NCBI RefSeq assembly: GCF_018350175.1
Contig: NC_058368.1
Span: 178,500,001 to 178,564,000 of the forward strand
DNA length: 64,000 nt
Reading direction: 5' to 3'
Source: Felis catus
Taxonomy: Eukaryota
The translations under genes and the position numbers were made by a program. This document shows, one piece after another, positions 39,622 to 49,832 of this stretch (positions are counted from its first letter, which is position 1; each line of letters begins with the position of its first letter). The notes below the pieces were generated by a model, which was not told the origin of the DNA, made no database searches, and saw only the letters and a list, made by a program, of their open reading frames with translations.

Positions 39622-39793
39622 CGTGTGGACCCAGGAATCCACGTGCCACCTGATTGAGACCAACATCAGGGACCAAGAGGAGCTGGAGGGCAAAAAGGTG
39701 CCCCAGTACCCATGCCTGTGGGTCAATGTGTCAGCTGTGGGCCGGTGGGCTGTGCTGTACCACACGGAGGACACTCGTGACCAGAACCAACAG
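39622..39793 (+). CDS. KCNMB1: KCNMB1 second coding exon (exon 3): extracellular loop, first part
   Basis: Encodes (S)VWTQESTCHLIETNIRDQEELEGKKVPQYPCLWVNVSAVGRWAVLYHTEDTRDQNQQ. Acceptor ctccccag|, donor CAG|gtactg, 172 nt. Phase matches the previous exon (AG+C = Ser45). Contains C53, C76 and the N80 sequon (NVS). Confidence 0.97.
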
Positions 39794-42700
39794 GTACTGA
39801 CTGGGGGGGGGGGGGGGGGAGGGGATGGGCACATATCCCCCTTGCCCCTGGCAGGTGCATGGGCCTCTTCCTAACTGGATCCACATCTCCACTCTAGAGC
39901 ATGGAGCCTGAGCCTACGTGATGAGGGTCCACAGCTGATATGAGGTCCAGCCAGACTTAGCTCTTCTGGGTTGGAGTTAGACAGACCTGGGTTGGAATCC
40001 CCACTCTGCCACTAAGTGCTGTATGACTTGGGGCAAGCAGTGAGCCCCTCTAAGCTCAGCTGCCACCTTTGCTGGAGTGCTGTTAATTAAGACAGAGGCT
40101 GTGTAGTGTGCTGAGCTCAATGTCAGGTGGATAGCCGGCACTTGTATAAGGTTAGTCAAATGAGAGACCAGACCCAGAGCTGACCCCATGGGAGGGAACT
40201 CCTGAGATCCCCCTTGCTTCCCCCAGGAAAGCAGAGGCTGGAGAAATCTCTGGAAACCAGTGCTTGGGAGATTTTTCCCATCACTACCTCCTGCACCCCC
40301 AACCCACCATCCTAGACTTTCCTACAGAAAATACAAGTTGGCCTTATCCATTCATTCATTTATTCGATAGTCACTGAGCACTTCCTGTGGCAGGAGCTTT
40401 GGACTCAGGAGGAGAGAGCTTACATGGGAAATAATATCTAATGGGGAGGGATCAGTGCCATAGAGAGGAAAAGAGAAAATTATGGGGTCAAGGGCAGGAG
40501 TGACTTTTTCTAGCCAACAGCGAGGTGAGGGTGTCAGGAAAGCATTTGTGTTAGACTTTAAAAATCAGCAGGGGTGAGATACACAGAAACATGGAGGGCA
40601 GCATGCATGGCAAATGGAGGGCATAGAATAGAAGGTACTGGAAGGCGTGCTGCAGAAACCAACGCAGAGCTCAGTGGGACAGGAAGATGTTGCACAGATG
40701 GGCTCCACATGACCCACCTACGGAATCAGAAAGTTTTTTGTTTGTGAATGGTTTTTATATGTTTTTTTTTGAGAGAAGCAAAACTTTAGTGAAAACACTA
40801 CAAGTTATGGATAATAATTAGTTCCTATATTTAAAAAAAAAGATTATAGAAAACACTTTACTGATTTTTTTTTTTTTGATAAAAAGATGGTCTTTAAGGA
40901 TATCTGGGTGAAACAGCGAACACAACACAGTAGGAAAGGAGAAGTAAGTGTTGAATTCCAGTGCAAGACACAACACAGCACCATTAGCAAAGTGGGTAGA
41001 AGAAGCTATCCTACAATGCATGGAGTTAGACTTTTATATCCAGTAGAGATTTTTTTCAAGCTTTAGAAGTCCAGCGTAAGGAAGCAAATTGGGGGAAGGG
41101 CTAAGCTTATTTACCATCACCATTTTACCAAAAAACACAATGATTCAACCTCATGAGAAATAGAGGTTGGTCTGCCTGAATAGCAAATAGAGCAAATGCC
41201 AAGGCGGTCCGATCTCTCCGATTCCATTGGGACAGGTAGAGACCTGTCTCATCAACCTGGGCCCGGGACAGGTCAAGTTCCTTTGCATTTGTACCAGAAA
41301 GCCGGAGCTTTATCTGGAACAAGTTCACTCCAAATAATGCTCCATGGTGCTGATTTTAGCAGGAGGTGGGGTCATAGATGCCTACCATTTCCTAGGGGAA
41401 GGCTCTACTGGTTACCGGGAACTTAAATCCAAGTAGACCATAAAGAAGGGAAATGCTAATGATATTCTGGCACAGTACAAGCTGTGTGCCTGTCATCTCT
41501 GCCAAGGACTATGCAAGTATGGAATTGAAATGTGATCAGGCAATCTGGCACTGGTCAATTCTGGCCATGCATTGGAACCACCTGGGGACTTAACAAAACT
41601 GGGTTCCTACACAAGACCAACTGATGCAGAATTTTAGGGCTCTCCAGGTGATTCTAAGGCTTAGAATTACCTCTGCGAGCAAACAGGAGGCTTTAAAGGG
41701 TCTGTGGTCCTGGGGGAATGACCAGAGTGGTACAGAGGAGTGTGAAGTTCAACGACTGGGCAGAGAGGCTGGGGCCATGACAAGCAGCCAGGATGGAGGT
41801 AGGGCCTGCAGTGAGGATGGATGCTGACAGAGTTTGGTAGCTACTGGGATGGGATGGGAAGGGAAGAGTGTTGATGGTGCACAGTGGGATTACTGACAGT
41901 GTCGGGGGGTCATAGAGAAATGGGTCTGGACAGTGCAAGGTGACCAGACCTGTTTTGTCAGCACTAACATGACTCAGCCCCACCAGTTGGGGATAGAGCC
42001 CCTACGTCCTCCTGAATCAGCACCTACCTGACTCCTGCTTCTTCTTTGGCATTCAGTGGCTGCTGATTTATCCCAAGGAGCAAGAAGCAAATTCCCAAAG
42101 ACAACCAGAAGGGATCACTGGTGTGATAGGAATTGCGAGCAGGCCGGCTTGCAGGCTGCCTGCCTGACTCTGAGGTTGCCAGTTCAGAGGAGCAAGGGGC
42201 CAGATCTGCCCCTGTAGTGAGCTGTCTGCAGCATGTGAGACGTGTGAGAGCGTGTGGACATGCTCTGCCTGCACCTGTAAGGACAGTGCAGGCTGGTAGC
42301 CACAGACTCTTCTGTCTTCTTTCTCCTAGCACCCAGGCCTCACCAGGAGAGGTGCTAAAGAGGCTGCTGCTCTGGTGGGACAGTGGAAGCGCCCTTGGTG
42401 GTTTTGTCAAGCAGCTGGGTTGGTGCGCCAGCTACCCCATCTACTTTCATTCAGCTCTGGAGTACAGGGAGCCAGTGCTCTGGGCCAGCTGGGCGTGCTC
42501 AGATTCACATGTGAAAGGCCAGTCAAGGCTACCGCCCCCCAGCCTCACTCTGAGGAAGGAGGCTACCAGTCAGCTACTGGCTCTCCCATGAGCCTTAGTG
42601 CAGGAGATTCTAAGCCCCTTCCCATGCTCTGTGCTGAGAATGTGCTGTCACAGGACTTGGGGAAAGGTTGGACCATTTCAGATCCTTCATATAACTCAGA

Positions 42701-44698
42701 GGAAGCTGGATCCCAGACAGGGGACAGAGGATGCAGATAGGCCCCAGGCCTCTGAGGTCGGTCCTGCAAAGTGAACTCCTGTCCAGTGTCTTGTCAAAAA
42801 GTCCCACCAAAGGATCCAGCGTGACCACATGCTGGCAAAAGACACAGAGGGGCCCAGGATGGGCACAAGCCCTCACCTGAGAGCTTATCCACCAGTCCCT
42901 CTTTAAGAATGGAAAGAAAGAGCTGTTGTTGCAATTTCATAGTTAAGTCACATTATTTTTGTTATTACTTTTGATAGCATCTTCCATTTACTGAGCACTT
43001 ATCATGTGCTGGGCTCTGTGCTAGGGGCTTTACATGTATCATCTCTTCTAATGTCCTCACAAACCCATTTTGCAAGACTCAGAGAGGTTGTACAATTTGG
43101 AACTGGTGGCTGAATCCAGGTCTGTCTGGTTCCACAGCCACACCATTGCTCAATGGGGTAGGTTACCAAGGTCATAGTGAGAGGCACTGGGGAGACAGGC
43201 TAGGTCCTCTCAGCTCAGAATTCTGAATTCACCTGCTATGGGACCCTGCAGTGCCCAACAACTTTGGCAGATTCCCTGGAGGCAATGTTTCCCAGCCTTA
43301 GTTGCTCCCTGGCTGGCTGGGAACCTAATTGGGTGGCAGTTCCCCCACATCCCAGGCTGTCAGAACGTGAATGCAACCATCCTCTTTACCGCTGGATGAG
43401 TGCTGTGTGGGCCAGCAGCTTTGGGGACGGGGTCTCATTCACATCCAGGAAGTGACCAAGGCGTGGGGAGAGGCTGGCTCAACAGTACACATGTTGATCT
43501 TGGACATGATTATACTAGGCCAGTGGTCTCAAACCACTGTAGGAAGGGATCACTTGTTTTCTGGACCCTGCCCTCAGTAATTCAGAGTGAGCGGGAAGCT
43601 GCGCTCTGGCCAGGTGGTCTGCTGCAGATTCTGTGACGGAGGGACCACCTTTGCAGAATATCTCCCAGAGCCTCACATACATAACATTCAGACCTCCCGG
43701 CACAGAACGGAGATAAAAGCAGGGTCTCCATTCTGTGCCTCCTCTGCAGAACTTTCCAGATGGACCTCACCTGACCAGGCCAGAGGCTCCTAACAACCAG
43801 TGTCAGAATTAAGTGTGTGCCGTGCTTTGCCTGCACAAGCTCTTTCAAATGTAATGTCTTTTTCCTTTGAATCCCAGTATCAAATACTGGCTTGCCAATA
43901 TCTTTTTTTTGGCTCACAAAGGGCTAGAACCACGGAGGGTTTTTGATTCAAATTTTTGCCAATGTTTTAAAACTGCGGGAGTTCACATTAAAATTTGGGG
44001 TTCTGGCCTTTCTTGAAATTTTGGAGGCCTGGCTACAACAGGTCTTCTGGATCACGTGGCATGCATCGTCCGGATGGCGTGAGGACTGCCAGTCTGGAAG
44101 CTTCTGGCTCTCTTCATCAGCCCCCCCTCCCCGACAATTGTCCCTGGCACCAGGGGAAGTGTCAGGTGGCACCCGTCATCTCTTTCCTCCCCCACTTCAC
44201 ATGTGGATGCTGCAGTGTGAGCCCCGTGGGCGACTGAGCATATGACCTCTGCCCTGGATCCAAATGCAGAGCCTACTCGGTCTGTGTCACTCATTGGCCA
44301 GTTAAGTTTGAAGCCCGTCTTTAATAACATCCTTTGAAGGAGATATTGCTATTAACCCATTTAAGAGATAAGATATCAAGGTTGAGAAAGGCGAGCAATT
44401 TGCCTAAGGTTCTACAGCCAGTGGAGGCAGAACTAGGACTCCAGTTGGGCCCCCCCTCCAGGTGTGGGCATGTACCCCGAGCAGCTCCTGGGCCACTGTC
44501 CTCACAAATGACACCGTACTGTGAAGGTGCCCTCTGGAACCAAGCAGTGCACAGCCTTCCAAGCTTCAACCAGTCCCAACTCCCAGCCGGGGGCCCAACG
44601 CCAAAGCCAACACTTTCCCTTACTTCATGCCAGCCCCTCATCTTGCCCAAAGCGACGGGGATTTCCGACTTCATGGGTGCTCTTGCTTCCCCTCACAG

Positions 44699-44968
44699 TG
44701 CTCCTACATCCCACGCAGCCTGGAAAACTACCAGGTGGCCCGGGCCGATGTGGAGAAGGTCAGAACGAACTTCCACGAGCATCGGATTTTCTACTGCTTC
44801 TCAACGACTCGGGAGAATGAGACCACTGTCCTGTACCGGCGCCTCTATGGACCCCAGACCCTGCTCTTCTCTCTCTTCTGGCCCACCTTCCTGCTGACCG
44901 GTGGCCTCCTCATTATCGCCATGGTGAAGATCAACCAGTCCCTTTCCATCCTGGCGGCTCAGAAGTAG
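44699..44968 (+). CDS. KCNMB1: KCNMB1 last coding exon (exon 4): rest of loop, TM2 and C-terminus
   Basis: Encodes CSYIPRSLENYQVARADVEKVRTNFHEHRIFYCFSTTRENETTVLYRRLYGPQTLLFSLFWPTFLLTGGLLIIAMVKINQSLSILAAQK*. Acceptor cttcccctcacag|. Total CDS 134+172+270 = 576 nt = 191 aa plus stop. Contains C103, C135 and the N142 sequon (NET). Confidence 0.97.
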   Translation, partial: CSYIPRSLENYQVARADVEKVRTNFHEHRIFYCFSTTRENETTVLYRRLYGPQTLLFSLFWPTFLLTGGLLIIAMVKINQSLSILAAQK

Positions 44969-45775
44969 ACCTATCCATGCCACAGCATGCTCGGCCGGAG
45001 GGGCCTGGGTGGGCCCCCAGGCCTCTCCCTACTCATGTATCCATGTCTCCTCCCCCTGCCTTCTCACTATTAGGGCTCTTATCCATCCCACCTTCCGCTA
45101 CGTGGGTGGGCCTTGGGAAATCCCTTTGTTAACTCATTCCTGATACGATGGGATATGGAATGTGCAACAGCCCCCTGGTGCTTCAGAGAGCTCCAGGCCA
45201 GCTGCTAACAGCTTCCCATCGCCTGTCCCCACTCAACTGGCTCAAACCCACTTTCTACTGCGCCACGGACCCCGCCCCACAGACAACAATGATGCTTATC
45301 TCTGTGCCTGTGTTTTCTCGGTTGGCTCAAAGGCCCACCTTTGCCATCCCTGGCAAACCTCAGTTCCTTCTTCGAATTCCATAATGAAATTATGGGACAG
45401 CAGGTCCCACGTATACAGAACATTTAGAATATTGCTTTTAGGACACTCAGTGCTATATGCATTTTTATTCCAAAATTAACAAATATAGGCACAAACTTCT
45501 GGTTCTAAAATACTTAAGTCATGGGGATGTCATGTACAGCATGGTGACTATAGTTAACAATTCTGTGTTACATATTGGAAAGTTGCTAAGAGAGTAAATC
45601 TTAAAAGTGCTCATCATAAGAAAACAAATTTGTAGCTATGTATGGTGACAGATGTTAACTAGATTTAGTGCAGTGATCATTTTGCAATATATGCAATATT
45701 ATGTTGTACACCTGAAACGGATGTAATGTTATATGTCAATTATACCTCAATAAAATATACATATATACATCAAGA
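44969..45775 (+). other. KCNMB1: KCNMB1 3' UTR (3' end inferred)
   Basis: Follows the TAG stop. Variant hexamer AATGAA at 45383, first canonical AATAAA at 45749-45754. Confidence 0.45.
45487..45756 (+). mobile_element. L1 3'-end fragment (L1MA9/L1_Carn-like) in the KCNMB1 3' region
   Basis: gtacagcatggtgactatagttaacaa...gaaagttgctaagagagta...gtgatcattttgcaatatat...tgttgtacacctgaaac...atgtcaattatacctcaataaa. Confidence 0.88.
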
Positions 45776-46230
45776 GGCTATAAGGAAATATACTAAAATA
45801 CATCAAAATATTAACAGAGGGATTGGGATGGTGGTTAATTTTCATTTTCTTCCTCATCCCTCTTTTTATTTTTCATACTTTTCTAAGTTTTCAGCAGTAG
45901 GAAGGTGTGGTTTCATTGGGTTTGTTTTTAATGAGAAAAGCAACGGTAGGTATCATTTTAAGATTTGGAAGGGTGAGCCTCACATCCCCAAACAGGTGGA
46001 AGTAGGCTGGGGAGGGGTTGGGCTCCAATCAGAGGCAGGCTTTTGAGAACATACAATTTTAAGAGCCCTCTATGGAAGGAAGGTAACCACATAGATGGGG
46101 ATGCATAATTTACAATGCAGGTAAGTATAAGGCACTGGTCCTGCAAGGGAAGCCTGTCTCACACATGAAAAGGGCATAAGTGGAGGATGCCATCGTCTCT
46201 ACTGTTACTACTCCAAGAAGTTTCCCTAAA

Positions 46231-46429
46231 GCGATGGTTCTCAAAGTACAGTCCCTGATCAGCATTCTGGGGAGCCTTGGGAGAAATGCACGTTCTCAGG
46301 CCCCGGCTCCAGCCCAAGGGAGTGTGGTGGAGTGGGGTGGGGTGGCGGATGGAGGAGGGGGACAGCATTCTGTATGTTAACAATGGCTGAAGGGGCTTCT
46401 GTGGTACCCCCAAGCGTGAGAACCACTGG
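46231..46429. mobile_element. MER5A-like hAT transposon
   Basis: Terminal inverted repeats tggttctcaaagt ... tgagaaccactg, internal agaaatgcac.ttctcaggccc. Confidence 0.75.
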
Positions 46430-49400
46430 TGTAGAGAAGCAGTGCCCTGTCACCGGGCTTTTCGGAATGGATGCATGACTGTTTGACAGTGCAGTTCCTG
46501 AGCTGGATGTGAAGTTAGGCTGGCATCTCTGAAGTTCCTTCTGGAGCTGTGATTCTAGTTGCAGCCCCAGGGTATAAATCTTGTCTCTGCCTCTGCCAGA
46601 TTTCATCTCTCAGATTCACAGTTGTTTCATCTTGAAAAAGCGACTCCTCCTTTTGGGTGGTTGGGAGGGCTGAATGAAGGTTTGGCACATGGTAGGTGGC
46701 CAGAACGGAAGCGATTATTAATTACCATAATAAGAAATAAATACTCAGAAGCTCCCAGAAGCAATTATACCAAAGATAATGTTAGCTAGCATTTATTGGT
46801 GCTTATGTATTACATGCTGGGCACTGTGCTAAGCAGTTTGCCTTGTAGAAATTCAGCAAGGTACTACTCAGCCTACCTCAGAGAGGAGAGAACAGCACAG
46901 GACAGTGGTTAAGTATGTAAACTTGTGATGTGGACTGCCTGGCTTCAAATACCCAACCCTGCCATTCACTAGCTGGGTGACCTTGGACAAATACCTCAGT
47001 TTCCTCATTTGCAAAATAGGAACTAATAATATCTCCCTTTTAGGATTGTTGGTATTAAATTAGTTTTTCTACAAGCTTCTTACACTAGTGACTGGCATAT
47101 GGCAAGTGCTCTGTAAGATACTATGAAAAACTGAAGCTCTAAGATGTCATTGGCCAAGGTCATTCATATAGCAGGTGAGGAGCTAGGAATCAAGCCCTGG
47201 GCTGTGTGTGTCATTCCAGAGAGGACTGTCAACCACAGTACTTGAGCAGACGCAGCTGAAAGGCTGAGGGCCCCAGTCCCCCAAAGCCCCAGGGACCAGG
47301 TAAGGACTAGTGCTATGTCCCTGGAACCCAATGGTGCTCTCATACAAGTCAGGGATGTGAGGGGAGAGCATCTGTAATCTGCATGAACATCTCTTACTTC
47401 TAACCAGAGAGCCCTGATATACCCCATACCCTCCAGGCTCTTATCTGGGGACATTCCTTCCAAGGGGACTGCACCATTCCCCAGAGGTTCTCCCTTCTGG
47501 GGTCAGGGAAGTCTCAAGTCCTCCGAGTCTTTTAAGAAAGCCTCAGAGGTGACATTGTACTATGGTAATGGTACTAATGGTAAGACATTACCATTGGAGG
47601 AAATTAGACAAAGCATACAATGGGATGTCTCTGTACTATGTCTTCTAGTGGTATGGGAATCTGCAAGTATCTCAAAAATTAAAGTTTGATATAAATAATA
47701 ATAAGAAAAAGTCCCCACCATAAGTCTCGCTTAAAGGGACTCCTTCACACATGGTTTTCATGCATCTGCATTTGGAGCTAAGATACATAGAAACTCAAAC
47801 AGCCCCTGTGAGGGGAAAGGCCATGTACCTCTAGAAAAATGCCCAGCCCCCAGTGCCCCATGCATCATTAATGGTGACCTTCATTGGCTTGGGACACATG
47901 CCCTCCTCCTGTCGATAAGACTGGATTATATCTGCCTGCTGCTCACAGAACTCCATGTACAGGATGAGCGTGAAATAGTGGGCATTTGAGCATGATAAGT
48001 TAGACACTGAGGAAAAATGTTTTTTGGGATAATAGCTGCCTAGGAGCAGAAAGCCCTCATCAGTTCTTAATAAATCACTGCTAATGAGCATCTTGTGTTT
48101 CCACCGTTTTTTGCTTTTCATCTCACGGGCCAGTGACTCACACCTGGAGAGGTGCACCTGGCTTGCTCCCCTATGCCCCTCCCCTGGGAATCAGCCCATG
48201 TGGTAGGGATCAGAGACAGGGGATGGGGAGGCCAGAGATCAATCAGACCCACTGCCTGCCTTCAAGGAGCTTTTCCATCCTTGCCAGTCTTCCCCACCAT
48301 TACCAAGGTCTTCCTTTTTCACAGTGAAGAAAAAGGAAGGAACCTAACTTACGCAAATTCAAAACAGTGCAATCTCAAATATTGATAAAATCTTTCTGTG
48401 AATTATTGAAATGATTCCAGACCCACTCCATCAACAATGTATCCAGAATTTCTCCTAATTTTAAAGCTCATTTTTCAAGTGAGTGGATTGTAAACTGCAG
48501 TCATTCTATTGCTAATTGGCAGTACAGGCTGGTGCGTAAGTGTTATCTCCTGTCTTTTGGAGTAGAGTTGCATTTAGGGAATTTTGAATTATATGAAATG
48601 TTTGGGAGTATACTGTTTGAACAAAGTGTAACTATCCTGTACCTCACCAGTGGCTGCCTTTTCACATGGAGGGACAAGAGGAAGATCAAAGCAAGATCAG
48701 AAAGACAGGGAGAAATTCACCCCAGTGTAGTGTAGTGTTTCTCACAGAGGAGGCTTGCAAGGTCAAAAATGTTCGCAATAATATTAAGATGTTCAGCTGC
48801 TTCCTAGATTTCCATGACTGTCCCTTCCCACTCACATAAAACAGATGATCCTCAGCCAACTTCCTTAAAGGATCTGGGAGATGGGGAAGGGATGAATATG
48901 GATGCAAAGCCAACAACTTCCAGCTGATGGGTGGACAGAGTTGTGGATTTATCCAAAGGCTGCATCTTCTCCCTCAGTTGCAGTCTTTAATCTCTTATAA
49001 TCTCCATCACCCCTTACCAAGCTCCCTCTTTCCTGATACACACAAACTAAAAACAGGGCCTTGCTACCTAGCTTTTACATGTATAGCTCATTTAATCCTA
49101 GCAATATTTTTTAGTTTACTATTGCTATCTTCACATCCTAAATGAGGCAACCGAGGCACAGAGGAGGAATTTAACCTATCACAGATCAGAAGTTAGCAAA
49201 ATGCAGAGCTGGGATTCAAACCTGGACAGTATGGCTTCAGACCTTACTCTCAAAGTTCTGTGATTCCTGCCCTGCAGCCTGTGCTCCTTATAACAAACGG
49301 AGAATGCCGAGCAGAGCACAGTCAGTACTGGGAATCTGTTGGATGCTTCCATATACCTTCTCACAGAGCCCAGGCTTTCAGCTGGCTCCCTGGAGTCACA

Positions 49401-49615
49401 TCCCTCAAGGGTGAACAGATGTAGGTTGAGTATGTGTCCAAAAAGGCCCTGCAAAACTTCTGATGTGGGCATTACTGAGACAGACAGGGGCCATGCAGTC
49501 AGCTACAATCTGTCTGACTCCACCGCCACCAGCCCGCAGCCCATTAAACACTAGATGGGAACCCAGGGACACTGGGGCTACAACAATCCCACGGCTCACT
49601 CTATTAAGCAGAATG

Positions 49616-49832
49616 GGGGGCACCGGGGTGGGTCAGTCAGTTAAGCATCTGACTCTTGGTTTCGGCTCAGGTCATGATCTCACAGTTTCATGGGTTCAAG
49701 CCTGGCTTTGGGCTCCATGCTGACAGTGCAAAACCCGCTTGGGATACTCTCCCCCCGACCCCCGCCCTGTCTCTGCATCTCCCCCCACTAGCACAGTCTC
49801 TGTCTCTCTCAAAAATAAACAAACTTAAAAAA
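49616..49832 (+). mobile_element. CanSINE (older)
   Basis: ggggcaccggggtgggtcagtcagttaagc head. TSD aagcagaatgg at 49606-49616 and 49833-49843. Confidence 0.92.

Noticed and set aside
44334..44897. 187-aa ORF overlapping KCNMB1 exon 4 in another frame
   Set aside because: No ATG at its start, begins in a MIR-like remnant, and has no recognisable homology.
47576..47595. Hairpin aatggtaa-gaca-ttaccatt
   Set aside because: An 8-bp stem is expected by chance, and it lies in an old L1-like fragment.
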